NCBI GenBank assembly: GCA_016180435.1
Contig: JACPBG010000003.1
Coordinates: forward strand, 77,791 to 141,790
From: Candidatus Sungiibacteriota bacterium
Lineage (GTDB): Bacteria; Patescibacteriota; Minisyncoccia; Sungbacterales; HO2-52-23
DNA: 64,000 nt
Direction of reading: 5' to 3'
The translations under genes were made by a program, and so were the position numbers. Shown here piece after piece: positions 45,712-56,108 of the stretch (position 1 is the stretch's first letter; each line of letters starts with the position of its first letter). The notes under the pieces are model-generated. The model saw nothing but the letters and a program-made list of their open reading frames with translations, ran no database searches and was not told the origin of the DNA.

Positions 45712-46983
45712 ATGTTTAATAAATTATCATTATTATTCACTATCCCCGATCTTCGCAAGAAGGTGATTTTTGTATTGGCGATGCTGGTGGTGTTTCGTCT
45801 GGCGTCTTCCATACCCGTGCCCGGCGTGGACGCGGAACGTCTGCGCGCATTTATCGGCGGAAATCAGTTTTTCGGCCTTTTGAATATCTTCTCGGGTGGC
45901 GCGCTTGATAATCTTTCGGTTGTAATGCTGGGTGTCGGTCCTTATATTACGGCAACAATTATAATGCAGCTTTTAACCATGATTTTTCCGCGCCTTAAAG
46001 AGATGTATCAGGAGGAGGGTGAAGCCGGCCGAACGAGGTTTAACCAATATGCGCGTATTCTTACGATTCCCCTGGCGCTTTTGCAGTCATATGGCCTTTT
46101 GGTGTTGCTGGCGCGGCAACAAGTGCTTCCCGAACTTACCGCATTTGGATTTACGGTGAATATGATAGTGGCCACAGCCGGATCTTTGCTTTTAATGTGG
46201 ATCGGTGAGCTTATTACTGAAAAAGGCATAGGAAATGGCGTATCTTTAATGATTTTTGCCGGAATTGTGGCTGGTTTGCCAACCTCCATACGCCAGGAGT
46301 TTTTTACGTTTAGCGTGGACAAATTGCCCAATTATTTGTTGTTTATCGCGGTGGGTATTTTGGTTATCGCCGGAGTAATTATCATATCCGAGGGCCAGCG
46401 CAATGTTCCGGTATCATATGCCAAACGCATACGAGGCGGCAGAGTTTATGGCGGAGTATCCACGCATCTTCCTTTGCGGGTAAATCAAGCCGGGGTGATT
46501 CCGATTATTTTTGCCATATCCATAATTCTTTTCCCCGGCCTTATCGGAAGTTTTCTGGCAGGTGTTCCCAATACTTACGTTCAGTATCTCTCACAATTTC
46601 TTATCTCGCTTTTTAATAACCAGCTTATATACGGCATCATTTATTTTCTTTTGGTATTTATTTTTACTTATTTTTACACCGCAGTTACTTTTGATCCGCA
46701 GGCGATTGCCGATAATATCCAGAAACAGGGTGGATTTATTTTGGGGATAAGGCCCGGACGCCCTACCTCCGAGTTTTTATACAAAATCCTAAATAGGATT
46801 ACGCTGGCGGGAGGATTGTTTTTGGGAGCGGTTGCGGTTTTGCCGCTTATTGTGCAGGGCGCGTTGGGGGTGCAAGCGCTCACTATCGGAGGAACTGCGC
46901 TTTTGATCGCGGTGTCGGTGGTGCTTGAGACCATGAAGCAGATAGAGGCGCAGTTGGTGATGCGGGAATATGAGAATATTTGA
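45712..46983 (+). CDS. secY: preprotein translocase SecY
   Basis: LGVGPYITA, GIGNGVSL, AGVIPIIFA, GIRPG.PT. Confidence 0.98.
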   Translation: MFNKLSLLFTIPDLRKKVIFVLAMLVVFRLASSIPVPGVDAERLRAFIGGNQFFGLLNIFSGGALDNLSVVMLGVGPYITATIIMQLLTMIFPRLKEMYQEEGEAGRTRFNQYARILTIPLALLQSYGLLVLLARQQVLPELTAFGFTVNMIVATAGSLLLMWIGELITEKGIGNGVSLMIFAGIVAGLPTSIRQEFFTFSVDKLPNYLLFIAVGILVIAGVIIISEGQRNVPVSYAKRIRGGRVYGGVSTHLPLRVNQAGVIPIIFAISIILFPGLIGSFLAGVPNTYVQYLSQFLISLFNNQLIYGIIYFLLVFIFTYFYTAVTFDPQAIADNIQKQGGFILGIRPGRPTSEFLYKILNRITLAGGLFLGAVAVLPLIVQGALGVQALTIGGTALLIAVSVVLETMKQIEAQLVMREYENI

Positions 46984-46988
46984 CTCAT

Positions 46989-47225
46989 TGATGCGCCTTT
47001 TGCTCAAGAGTTACGGCGCGGAAAAAATAGAGCCAAAAATGCCATAGGATTCCTCCGCGTTCTCCGCTATCATTCTTTACCAACCCCTTATTATCCCTTT
47101 AAAAAAGTCATTCTGAACTCTGTGAAGAATCCCGTTATGTATGGGGCGGAGCCGCGGTTTCCTTTATGGCATTTTTTCACCATTTTTTATCCGCGCCTCC
47201 ACAATTTCGCAAATAGGCGCATCAA
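46989..47225. repeat. large nested palindromic element
   Basis: ttgatgcgcct...aggcgcatcaa outer IR, ggcgcgga/tccgcgcc and aaaatgccata/tatggcatttt inner stems. Confidence 0.7.
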
Positions 47226-47334
47226 CTCGTCTTTAAAAGAGAAAGTGCATCACATGTTTTAAGGGAAGAGTTTTAAATGTATCCGCCATCGGCGGCTTTT
47301 GTTTTATAAAAAAGTGTAGTATTATAATAAAATA

Positions 47335-48051
47335 ATGAACGAACCTATTTCATCAAAAAATAAATTTGCTATTAGTGTAATGGGTCCGCCGGGCTCCGGA
47401 AAAGGAACACAGGCGCAGATACTTGCCGGCGGACTTGAGGCCTTTCATTTTGTCACGAGTGTCGAGGGCAAAAAATATATTGCCGCCCATGACGATCCCG
47501 AAACAAAACGTCAAGAAGTCAGATATAAAAAAGGACTGCTTTTTGAATCTCCCTGGACACTCCGCGTGGTACAAGAAAAAACGCAGCGTGTTTTTGAGGA
47601 CGGGCTGAGTATTGTTTATGACGGTTCACCGCGTACCCCGCTTGAAGCAGAAAAACTGATCCCGTTTCTCATTAAACTTTTCGGCAAAGAGTGTGTCGTG
47701 GCCGTGGAACTTAAAGTCGGTGAAGCCGAATTGAGATCGCGTCTTTCCAAAAGGCGGGTATGCAGTCTTGATCATTCCCACGCTTTTATTGACTCGGAAA
47801 ATCATCATATTGGAGATTTATGTCCCAAGATGGATGGGGGAGTGTTGCAAAAAAGGGAGATTGACGAATCGGCGCTTTTTGAAACACGCATGGGAGAATT
47901 TAGAAATTTGACTATACCGGCCATTGAATTTTTTCATAAGGAGGACGTGCTTATTGTTATCAATGGCGAGCAGTCGATTGAAAATGTGCGGCGCGATATT
48001 GATGAGGCGTTTGCCAAAAGATTCGGTAAGCGGTGGCCCCGTGGAGTATGA
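47335..48051 (+). CDS. adk: adenylate kinase
   Basis: GPPGSGKGTQA, DGSPRT; secY-adk-map synteny. Confidence 0.9.
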   Translation: MNEPISSKNKFAISVMGPPGSGKGTQAQILAGGLEAFHFVTSVEGKKYIAAHDDPETKRQEVRYKKGLLFESPWTLRVVQEKTQRVFEDGLSIVYDGSPRTPLEAEKLIPFLIKLFGKECVVAVELKVGEAELRSRLSKRRVCSLDHSHAFIDSENHHIGDLCPKMDGGVLQKREIDESALFETRMGEFRNLTIPAIEFFHKEDVLIVINGEQSIENVRRDIDEAFAKRFGKRWPRGV

Positions 48052-48857
48052 TTACGATTAAAACTACAGAAGAAATTGCTATATTGCGAGAAGGAGGCAG
48101 ACGGCTCGCAGAAATTTTGCAAAAGCTGGTTGAGGCGTCTTGTCCCGGCGTATCGGATTTTGAGCTTGATGTTCTGGCGGAGGAACTTATTTTAGCATGC
48201 GGAGGAAAACCGGCATTTAAGGGATACAGGATCAAGGAAACGCGCGTTGCGTTTCCCGCTTCCATTTGCGTGTCGATTAATGACGAGGTGGTGCACGGGA
48301 TCCCGCGCAAAAACCGGATCTTAAAAGATGGTGATATTGTCGGGATTGATATAGGAATGCAGTGGCCGAATCAAGAACTTAGAACTAAGAACTTAGAACT
48401 TAGAAATATAAGAGGAATGTATACGGATATGGCGGTAACTATCGGGGTGGGTAAAATTTCGGCAGAAGCCGAACGGCTGATTCAAACAACCCGATCTGCA
48501 TTAGATGTCGGTATTCGGACGGTACGTCCGGGTGCGCATGTCGGAGATATAGGATGCGCCGTGGAGGAGGTTCTAAAACGCGAAAAACTCGGGATTATAA
48601 GGGATCTTGCCGGACACGGCGTGGGGCATGATCTTCATGAAGAGCCGCTTATTCCGAATTACGGAATGCGCGGCGCCGGAGTAGAATTAAAAGAGGGCAT
48701 GGTTATTGCTATTGAACCCATGGCAACTTTGGGGGGATGGCGGATTAAGCTTGATCGAGATGAGTGGACGATCCGTACCGCTGATCGGAGTTTGGCGGCG
48801 CATTTTGAGCATACTTTAGTTGTTACAAAAAGCGGAGCGGAGATATTGACGAAATAG
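48048..48857 (+). CDS. map: methionine aminopeptidase type I
   Basis: SINDEVVHGIP, GHGVG..LHEEP, AIEPM, AHFEHT. Confidence 0.97.
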   Translation: MITIKTTEEIAILREGGRRLAEILQKLVEASCPGVSDFELDVLAEELILACGGKPAFKGYRIKETRVAFPASICVSINDEVVHGIPRKNRILKDGDIVGIDIGMQWPNQELRTKNLELRNIRGMYTDMAVTIGVGKISAEAERLIQTTRSALDVGIRTVRPGAHVGDIGCAVEEVLKREKLGIIRDLAGHGVGHDLHEEPLIPNYGMRGAGVELKEGMVIAIEPMATLGGWRIKLDRDEWTIRTADRSLAAHFEHTLVVTKSGAEILTK

Positions 48858-48889
48858 TTGTTTGGTGAATTGTGTGTTATTATTATGAG

Positions 48890-48983
48890 GTAGATGCAAT
48901 ATTAAACGCCACTGTTACGCAAAATTAGACGCAAATTGCGTTTAGATATTGCGTAAATTAGTTTGCGTTTGAAGTTGCTTCTA
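48890..48983. repeat. imperfect hairpin of acgcaaa/ttgcgt units
   Basis: taaacgcc..ttacgcaaa..gacgcaaattgcgtttag..ttgcgtaa..ttgcgtttga. Confidence 0.6.
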
Positions 48984-48987
48984 AAAT

Positions 48988-49377
48988 ATGAAATACATGG
49001 GTCTTGATTATGGAGAAAGGCGGATCGGGGTTGCGGTTTCTGACGCCCAAGGCCGGGTGGCTTTTCCAAAGAAATTGGTTTTTAACCGGGGCAATTCCCA
49101 GATGATGGAGCAATTGCAGGCCGTGGTTAAGGATGAGCATATTTCCCGGATCGTAGTGGGTCTTCCGGTAGGATTGGATGGCAATGAAACGGCGCAAACA
49201 TCAGCCACGCGTGAATTTGCCGATGCGCTCCGTAATGTTACTGGAGTTGCGGTAGAGTTTGAAAATGAGATGCTGACAACGCACATGGTGCAGGGCCTGG
49301 GAGTTCCCCGCGAGCATACGGACGAGGCCGCGGCAGCCGTGATTTTACAATCATACCTTGATAAAATAAATCACTAA
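48988..49377 (+). CDS. ruvX: Holliday junction resolvase RuvX/YqgF
   Basis: GLDYGERRIGVAVSD, VVGLP, ENEMLTT, AA.VILQSYL. Confidence 0.93.
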   Translation: MKYMGLDYGERRIGVAVSDAQGRVAFPKKLVFNRGNSQMMEQLQAVVKDEHISRIVVGLPVGLDGNETAQTSATREFADALRNVTGVAVEFENEMLTTHMVQGLGVPREHTDEAAAAVILQSYLDKINH

Positions 49378-49459
49378 TTTACACGAATTTGGTCACGAAT
49401 TTCACGAATTACGTAAATTTATTCGTGATATCTGTGTTCAAATTTGTGAATATTCGCGA
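49372..49459. repeat. cacgaat/attcgtg hairpin (C/D-related)
   Basis: cactaatttacacgaatttggtcacgaatttcacgaat...attcgtg..atttgtgaatattcgcg. Confidence 0.7.
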
Positions 49460-49461
49460 AA

Positions 49462-50202
49462 ATGTTTTTAAGTTGGATCATCCCCGCCTATAACGAAGAA
49501 AAGCGTATCGAAAAAACTCTTTTTGAAGTGGATGCTTATTTGATGTCCAAAAATTTTCCCGGCGGATATGAAATTATAGTGGTTGATTCGTCCTCAACTG
49601 ATAACACGGCGGATTTGGTGAGGAAACTTTCATCGCGCATACCCCGGTTATCGCTTAGGATAGTAGATAATAAAGGCAAGGGCTGGGCTGTGCATGAGGG
49701 AATGTTAAATTCCTCCGGGGATATGCGTATTTTTTCCGATGCGGATAACTCCGTATCGCCGGATCAGCTTAATGGCTTCATTCCGTTTTTGTGTGCCGGC
49801 GCCAAGAAAGACACGTGTTTTGACGTGGTCATCGGTTCTATCGAGGCGGGTGGAGCGACTATTGAAGAAAATGCCCAATGGTATCGGCGGGCTCTCGGCA
49901 GGATATCAAAACTAATTATACGCATTGTTTCCGGTCTTTGGGAAATTCGCGATACCCAGCGCGGATTCAAGTTATTTTCAAAACGAGCGGCTGAGGCGGT
50001 TTTTACGCGCCAAACCATTTTTGCCTGGGGCTTTGATATTGAGGTACTGCTCGTTGCCAAGCGGCGCAATTTTGCCATAAAAGAAGTGCCGGTAAAATGG
50101 ATAAATGCCGGTGATTCCAAAGTGAGTATTGGCGCTTATGTCAGCACATTCAAGGAATTATTGCAGATAAAATGGAACGATACCCGTGGAAAATATAAAT
50201 AA
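49462..50202 (+). CDS. glycosyltransferase family 2 (dolichyl-phosphate glucosyltransferase-like)
   Basis: IIPAYNEE, VVDS.STD, GKG.AV, DAD, DTQRGFK, GFDIEVL. Confidence 0.93.
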   Translation: MFLSWIIPAYNEEKRIEKTLFEVDAYLMSKNFPGGYEIIVVDSSSTDNTADLVRKLSSRIPRLSLRIVDNKGKGWAVHEGMLNSSGDMRIFSDADNSVSPDQLNGFIPFLCAGAKKDTCFDVVIGSIEAGGATIEENAQWYRRALGRISKLIIRIVSGLWEIRDTQRGFKLFSKRAAEAVFTRQTIFAWGFDIEVLLVAKRRNFAIKEVPVKWINAGDSKVSIGAYVSTFKELLQIKWNDTRGKYK

Positions 50203-50233
50203 ATTGTTAAAAAACTCATAAAACCCAGATATG

Positions 50234-50514
50234 CACAAAACCCAAACAGCGGCCTCAATTCCTAATTGCCTAATTGTCTAATTTCTAATAAAATGCCCAA
50301 TAAAGAAATTAAGAATTAAGGCCTTAGAAATTTTATTAGGTTCACCCCGTTAGAAAGAAACAGAAGGTATTTTTAGTGCAGAAATTATCTATTTTTATGA
50401 ATAAAAACGAGTTGCAGTTGCTACTATATTTGTTTATTTCTAACGGGGTAAATTAGGAATTAGGTGAATTTGGAATTTTAGTTCTTGCTCGCGTTTGGTT
50501 CCTGTGTTTTGTGT
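50234..50514. repeat. family H hairpin interrupted by a family B MITE
   Basis: Homologous to the uninterrupted copy at 55003-55175. Confidence 0.8.
50345..50448. mobile_element. MITE family B nested in family H
   Basis: ttca-ccccgttaga...tctaacgggg-taaa; the empty site in the 55 kb copy is tagg-tgaa-ttag. Confidence 0.85.
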
Positions 50515-50551
50515 GTTTATATGGCGATTATAGTACTGGTTTACTAGGGAT

Positions 50552-51589
50552 ATGTTTTACGAAGCATCTGACAATGATCATAAGCATGGTTCTTTTTCCG
50601 AGGTCCGGCAGGATCTGGTATCCGGCGACTGGGTGGTTATTGCAACCGGGCGCGCCAAGCGTCCGCACGATTTTTTGCAGGAGGGGAAAAAGGCATTCCG
50701 TCAGCCGAAACGCACTTGTCCTTTTGAGAATCTGCATGAAAATGCGTTACTCTCTTTATCACTTGGCGCAGAGCGCGGGAAAAATATCAAACCATGGGTA
50801 AAAGTTGTTGTGAATAAATTTCCGGCTTTTCAACGCGGGGTTTGCAGTATATTTCACAAAACCGGGCCATATCAGTGGACTGATGGCGTTGGACAGCATG
50901 AGGTTGTTATAACACGCGACCACGAACGCTCTCTTGGTCAGATGGCGGATTTGGAGGCGGAATTGGCGGTGCGGGCGTATCAAGAACGGTATCGCGCCAT
51001 TAAACAGGATGAATGCGTGCGCTATATTTCAATTTTTCATAATCACGGTCGGGGATCCGGCGCTACGCTTTCTCATCCGCACTCGCAAATTATCGGGATT
51101 CCCGTAATACCGTCTGATATTGCCCGCAGCATCCGCGGATCAGCCGTTTATTATGAGGAACACAAGGAATGCGTTCATTGCGTGATGCTGAAATTCGAGA
51201 AAAATGATAAAAAGCGTTTGATTTACGAAAATGACCATTTTTTGGTTTTTGCGCCGTTTGCTTCTCGCCTGGCGTTTGAGATAAGAATTTATCCCAAAAA
51301 TCACGTTTCACATTTTGAAGATGCGTCCGAGGCAGAAATTGTTTCTGTGGCCAATGCCCTGCGCGTTTCCCTCGGCAAGATTTTTAAGGGCCTGAATAAT
51401 CCCGATTACAACTTTTTTTTGCATACGTCCCCAATTGATAAATTAAACAGTTTCCGGCATTATCACTGGCATTTTGAAATTCTGCCTAAGACCTCTATTT
51501 GGGCCGGGTTTGAAATCGGAACGGGTATTGAGATTTCCACCATCACGCCCGAGAATGCGGCAGAGTTTTTGAGAAATATAAAAGTATAG
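50552..51589 (+). CDS. galT: galactose-1-phosphate uridylyltransferase
   Basis: R.KRP, CPF, NKFPA, G.HEV, GATLSHPHSQ, HWHFEI. Confidence 0.92.
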   Translation: MFYEASDNDHKHGSFSEVRQDLVSGDWVVIATGRAKRPHDFLQEGKKAFRQPKRTCPFENLHENALLSLSLGAERGKNIKPWVKVVVNKFPAFQRGVCSIFHKTGPYQWTDGVGQHEVVITRDHERSLGQMADLEAELAVRAYQERYRAIKQDECVRYISIFHNHGRGSGATLSHPHSQIIGIPVIPSDIARSIRGSAVYYEEHKECVHCVMLKFEKNDKKRLIYENDHFLVFAPFASRLAFEIRIYPKNHVSHFEDASEAEIVSVANALRVSLGKIFKGLNNPDYNFFLHTSPIDKLNSFRHYHWHFEILPKTSIWAGFEIGTGIEISTITPENAAEFLRNIKV

Positions 51590-51595
51590 GTTGAT

Positions 51596-51680
51596 TTTAC
51601 GAAATACGAATCATTACGAATGTACGAATATGGCATGGCAAATTAATTCGTAAATTCGTATATATTCGTATTTCGTAAAG
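51596..51680. repeat. family C hairpin (empty)
   Basis: tttacgaaatacgaat...attcgtatttcgtaaag. Confidence 0.9.
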
Positions 51681-51682
51681 AT

Positions 51683-52441
51683 ATGCATAGGCCCTTAATT
51701 ATCGCTAATTGGAAATCAAATCCTTTAACGCTGAAAGAGGCGCTGGATTTGGCGCGCGGAGCCGAAGAAGCCGCGCGGCGTTTTCGCGGTGCGGAAATTG
51801 TTGTGGCGCCACCGTTTCTTTTTGCGATAGAGGTTTCTAAATTATTGAAATATGCAAAACTCGGAGCGCAAGACGCATTCTGGTCCGATGGCCCTTATAC
51901 CGGCGAGGTTTCATGGCGGCAGCTTAAAAAAATTGGCGTGTGTTATGTAATTCTGGGACATTCTTCGCGGCGCGCGGAGTTGGGAGAAACGGATGACGTG
52001 GTGAATAAAAAATTAAAGGCGGTTCTGGGCGGCGGATTGTTGCCGGTTTTATGCATCGGAGAGTTCAGGCGTAAAGGGAATACTGTTCCGCCGATAGTAG
52101 GTCTGCAATTAAAAAAAGCCCTTAAAGGCATTAAAAAATCGCAATTGAAAAATCTGGTTATTGCTTATGAGCCGGTTTGGGCAATTTCCACCATGCCGGG
52201 CGCCCGGGCCGATACGCCCCAGAGCGCGGAACGCGCCATAAAATATCTAAGGGATGCGATTTCTCGCATCTATGGACGTAAAGCGGCGCATGAGATACGG
52301 ATGTTATACGGAGGGTCGGTGAGTTCAAAAAACGCCCGCGATTTTTTATCGCATCCTGGAATAGACGGCGCGTTGGTCGGCGGCGCCAGTTTGCGTCCGC
52401 AAGAATTCGGAGAAATTATTTCGCGGGCGTTTAAGGGCTAG
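51683..52441 (+). CDS. tpiA: triosephosphate isomerase
   Basis: ANWK, YTGEVS, LGHS, AYEPVWAI, YGGSV, LVGGASL. Confidence 0.96.
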   Translation: MHRPLIIANWKSNPLTLKEALDLARGAEEAARRFRGAEIVVAPPFLFAIEVSKLLKYAKLGAQDAFWSDGPYTGEVSWRQLKKIGVCYVILGHSSRRAELGETDDVVNKKLKAVLGGGLLPVLCIGEFRRKGNTVPPIVGLQLKKALKGIKKSQLKNLVIAYEPVWAISTMPGARADTPQSAERAIKYLRDAISRIYGRKAAHEIRMLYGGSVSSKNARDFLSHPGIDGALVGGASLRPQEFGEIISRAFKG

Positions 52442-52564
52442 CAAAATTCGCAGGTATTATCTTTTTTGTCTTGATGTTCTCCGGTTCTCGGATCGCCACA
52501 ACACTCTTTACAGCAAAAAGTAGTTCCTTCAAGAACGTAGACCCCGTCTTTGTGCCTTTTTTCT

Positions 52565-53818
52565 TTACCGCATTTTGTGCATTTGAATAATTTTTATACT
52601 ATTATACCATGTGCGCAACGCTTTATGAATCGGCAGGATAAAAAGAAAATAGCGAAGTTCTATAAGCTCCTTGGCAATCCAACCGAATATTCCGGAGAAG
52701 TGTATGATAATAAGATCGGCAATCGCGTATTTTTTACCCACTGCCAGAATAAAAGGATAGTGCGCGAGGGGAGTAAATTTTTTGGGCGGTTTTCCCTCTA
52801 TGGCGCGGATTATATTTCGGGCCGCAAGCCTGCCTTCAGTTTTGGCTATTGGAACACTCCCGGGGAGCGCTTTCCCCGTTTTTGGATTTATAAACATAGC
52901 ATTATCGCCTACGGCAAAGATATTTTCAAAATCTATTGTTTGCAGGCATTGGTTTACTTCAGCCGAGTTTTTTTCGGATAGCGTTAGCCCCGATTTTTTA
53001 AGTATAGTGGGTCCGACAACGCCACCGGTCCAGATTAGGACGTCAAATTTTTCTTTATGTCCGTTTTGAAGCGTCGCCTCATTTTTTTGTACACCAATGA
53101 TTGGCGATCCGGTTAAAATTTGTACGCCGAGAGCCCGCAGTCTAATCCCGGATTTTTTAATTATGGAGGCGGAAAATCCAGGGAGAATTTGCGGCGACGC
53201 TTCGATCAGAACCAGTTCCATTTCGCAGACGCGCTTTTTTGTGAATTTTTCCGCTATATGGCAGATGAACCCCACAAATTCGGCGGCAAGTTCCACTCCG
53301 CTTGCTCCGCCGCCTCCAATCGTAATTTTAATTGAGGACTTGGTTTTGAAGTTTTCCTCAATTACATTGCGCAGGCGCAGGGCGTCATCAAAGGTCTTTA
53401 AGGGAAAACTGTATTCTTTCAGTCCGGGTATATCATAGTAGGCGGTTTCGGCGCCAAGCGCCAGTACGAGAAATTCATATGGGAGTTGTCCGAATGAGCG
53501 TAGCGCCAGTTTTTTATTATGAAACTCAAATCCTATTATTTCGTCGGTTATGAGGAGCACCGGTTTGTTTTTGAATATGTCGGCCAGGGGAATAAGTATG
53601 GATGATTTAAGGGAGGAGGTAGTGGCATCTTCTAAGGCGATTGCGGCGATCTGATATAGAGACGGGGTATAGAGCTGGTGATGATGACGGTCAATCAGGA
53701 TGATTTCGTGCGTGTCGCGATGCGGCCCGATGCGTTTGGCAAGTGTTAAGGCGGCGGTTATGCCGCCAAATCCCGCGCCCGAAATAACTATATTTTTTTT
53801 CGAATTAGACATAGCCAT
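52565..53818 (-). CDS. NAD(P)/FAD-dependent oxidoreductase (type II NADH dehydrogenase-like)
   Basis: GAGFGG and GGGASGVELAAE Rossmann motifs, IFAVGD. Confidence 0.9.
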   Translation of the reverse strand: MAMSNSKKNIVISGAGFGGITAALTLAKRIGPHRDTHEIILIDRHHHQLYTPSLYQIAAIALEDATTSSLKSSILIPLADIFKNKPVLLITDEIIGFEFHNKKLALRSFGQLPYEFLVLALGAETAYYDIPGLKEYSFPLKTFDDALRLRNVIEENFKTKSSIKITIGGGGASGVELAAEFVGFICHIAEKFTKKRVCEMELVLIEASPQILPGFSASIIKKSGIRLRALGVQILTGSPIIGVQKNEATLQNGHKEKFDVLIWTGGVVGPTILKKSGLTLSEKNSAEVNQCLQTIDFENIFAVGDNAMFINPKTGKALPGSVPIAKTEGRLAARNIIRAIEGKPPKKFTPLAHYPFILAVGKKYAIADLIIIHFSGIFGWIAKELIELRYFLFILPIHKALRTWYNSIKIIQMHKMR

Positions 53819-53840
53819 CTCTACATTATACTATAGAATA

Positions 53841-54965
53841 ATGCGGATAAAAACATTATCAGATGTGCGGATTTCTCGCGGCACGCGAGTTCTTCTGCGG
53901 GGTGATTTTGACGTTGCGGTACGCGCTGGGAAAATTAAGGATGATTTTCGTCTGCGGGCGATTATTCCCACCATTGAATTTATCATCGGGCACGGAGGAT
54001 GCCCGCGCCTAATGGGGCATATGGGACGACCGCACGGAAAAAAAACGGCACAGGCCTCTCTTAAGCCGGTGGCTGAATATATTTCTCGGGCGTTGAGGCG
54101 CAGGGTCCTTTTTGTCGGCGATCCCCGGATATTTGATAAAAATATGGATGGCCGGCAGGAAATTCTTTTTTTTGAAAATCTTAGATTTTTCAAGGGCGAA
54201 GAAGAAAACAGCTCTTTGTTTGCGCGGCGTTTGTCCCGGTGGGGGGATTTATATATTGATGATGCGTTTGCCAATGCGCATCGCGCGCATGCTTCGGTAG
54301 ATAAGATTGCGCGTTTGTTGCCATCCGCCGCCGGTCTAAGATTTATCGAGGAAGTAAAAGCCCTGGGGCGCCTGCTTCAAGGTCCGCGCCGTCCCGCGGT
54401 TGCGGTTTTGGGCGGAGCCAAACTTGAAACCAAGCTGCCGCTGATTGAAAGGTTTTTAAAAATAGGATATGAGGTGTTGGTGGGCGGGGCTTTGGTTAAT
54501 CCTGCCCTTCCATTTATTATTAACAAGCGTAATCTTTCTCCGTTACGCCGAATTATTTCAAGCCCGCGTTTGCATCTCCCGGTTGATCTTCGGGTCGCAC
54601 GCAGTGTCAGGTCTCGTACGCGGATATCCGGAATAGGTGCGGTTAGAGCAGGTGAAATTAATTATGATATTGGACCGGAAACCATCCAAAGTTTTTGCGC
54701 ATCAATCCGCCGCGCCAAAACAATTGTATGGAACGGGCCGCTTGGGTTTGCCGAATATCGTAAATTCGCAAAAGGCACGGTTGCTATTGCGCGCGCGATT
54801 GCCGGTAGCGGCACATTTAGCGTTATGGGGGGAGGGGATACGATTGCCCTTCTTTCGCAATACGGAGTACTTAAAGGATTTTCGCATATATCCATAGGCG
54901 GAGGAGCAATGTTGGAATTTTTGGCGGGGAAGAAACTGCCCGGAGTGGAGGTGTTGAGAAAATGA
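53841..54965 (+). CDS. pgk: phosphoglycerate kinase
   Basis: HMGRP, ENLRF, DAFANAHR, GGAK, WNGPLG, GGGDT, GGGAMLEFL. Confidence 0.96.
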   Translation: MRIKTLSDVRISRGTRVLLRGDFDVAVRAGKIKDDFRLRAIIPTIEFIIGHGGCPRLMGHMGRPHGKKTAQASLKPVAEYISRALRRRVLFVGDPRIFDKNMDGRQEILFFENLRFFKGEEENSSLFARRLSRWGDLYIDDAFANAHRAHASVDKIARLLPSAAGLRFIEEVKALGRLLQGPRRPAVAVLGGAKLETKLPLIERFLKIGYEVLVGGALVNPALPFIINKRNLSPLRRIISSPRLHLPVDLRVARSVRSRTRISGIGAVRAGEINYDIGPETIQSFCASIRRAKTIVWNGPLGFAEYRKFAKGTVAIARAIAGSGTFSVMGGGDTIALLSQYGVLKGFSHISIGGGAMLEFLAGKKLPGVEVLRK

Positions 54966-55002
54966 CGTATGATGAATTTAAATAACTGAAAGTATAAAAC
55001 TC

Positions 55003-55175
55003 AAACATGTACAAAACCCATTAAGATAAATTTCTAATTACCTAATTGCCTAATTTCTAATAAAATGTCCAATAAAGAAATTAAGAATTTAGGCCTTAGA
55101 AATTTTATTAGGTGAATTAGAAATTAGGTGAATTTGGAATTTTAGTGCTTGTTTGTGCTCTGGTTTATGTGCTTT
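55003..55175. repeat. family H hairpin (uninterrupted)
   Basis: cctaattgcctaatttctaataaaatg...ttttattaggtgaattagaaattaggtgaatttggaattttag. Confidence 0.8.
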
Positions 55176-55188
55176 GCATTTTTTACTT

Positions 55189-55983
55189 ATGCGTTATAAA
55201 GATATTAATCATTTCAAATCTGAATGCGGTTATGAAGTCAACGGAGCATGGCTGCCGCGAGTTACCAAGATTCTGGATATAAAGGCTAAACCCGGCCTGG
55301 ATATTTTTTTTAAAGAAGTCGGGGATTATTCGTCTGCCGAAGACATTAAAAATAAGTCAGCGGAAGAAGGAACCAAACTTCATCGGGCGATCCAGGGCCT
55401 TTTTACCGGCAATACCGATCCTATTCCAGGGGAGGTGCGGCCGGCTGTAGATGCTTTTCAAGAGTTTAATGAAGCAAGAAAAATAGAATTGCATCCGGAA
55501 TTTGTGGAGCGGCTTATTTGGTCCGGGCGGTATAAATATGCCGGAACCGTGGATGCGCTGGCCGTGGTTGATGGGAAATTCGGCGTGCTGGATATAAAAA
55601 CCTCAACCGGATTTTGGCCGGAATATAATTTGCAAACCGCGGCTTACATTTCGGCTTTGCAGGAGTTTGAGATTAAAAAAACATTAGCTCTTCCGCAGGA
55701 TGTCCAGACGCGTTGGATTTTAAGAATAGATCAGAATAAAATATGTAAACGCTGTAAAGCCGTGCTTCGTGAAAAAGGAGGAAGGGCAAAGGTCCGTAAT
55801 GGTAAGTCGGGCGGCGTCGCGCCTTGTCCCGCAGATCTGCATGAATGGGGAGAATTACGGGGCGAGGTAGAAATTCGGGAATTCCCGTATTTTTATAACG
55901 ACACCCGGGCCTTTATAGCTGCCAAGATATTGTGGGAATGGGAAAATGGATATTGGTTAAGGCAAATCGGATATTTGAAATAA
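55189..55983 (+). CDS. PD-(D/E)XK nuclease superfamily protein (phage exonuclease-like)
   Basis: PRVTKIL, GTKLH, VE, YAGTVD, VLDIKT, LQTAAY. Confidence 0.85.
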   Translation: MRYKDINHFKSECGYEVNGAWLPRVTKILDIKAKPGLDIFFKEVGDYSSAEDIKNKSAEEGTKLHRAIQGLFTGNTDPIPGEVRPAVDAFQEFNEARKIELHPEFVERLIWSGRYKYAGTVDALAVVDGKFGVLDIKTSTGFWPEYNLQTAAYISALQEFEIKKTLALPQDVQTRWILRIDQNKICKRCKAVLREKGGRAKVRNGKSGGVAPCPADLHEWGELRGEVEIREFPYFYNDTRAFIAAKILWEWENGYWLRQIGYLK

Positions 55984-55990
55984 ATCCTGT

Positions 55991-56100
55991 ACACAAATCC
56001 ACTAATGAGCACACAAATCCACAAATGGGATAAGTAGTCGTGATTCGTGGATTGGTGTATCAATTCGTGGATTGGTGTATCAATTCGTGGATTGGTGTGT
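55991..56100. repeat. family D hairpin with internal 20-bp tandem duplication
   Basis: acacaaatccac...(attcgtggattggtgtatca)x2 attcgtggattggtgtgt. Confidence 0.85.
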
Positions 56101-56108
56101 TTGTTTTT

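Noticed and set aside
55991-56100. Tandem 20-mer next to a PD-(D/E)XK (Cas4-like) nuclease as a mini-CRISPR
   Set aside because: The units are contiguous with no spacers and belong to the family D hairpin arm
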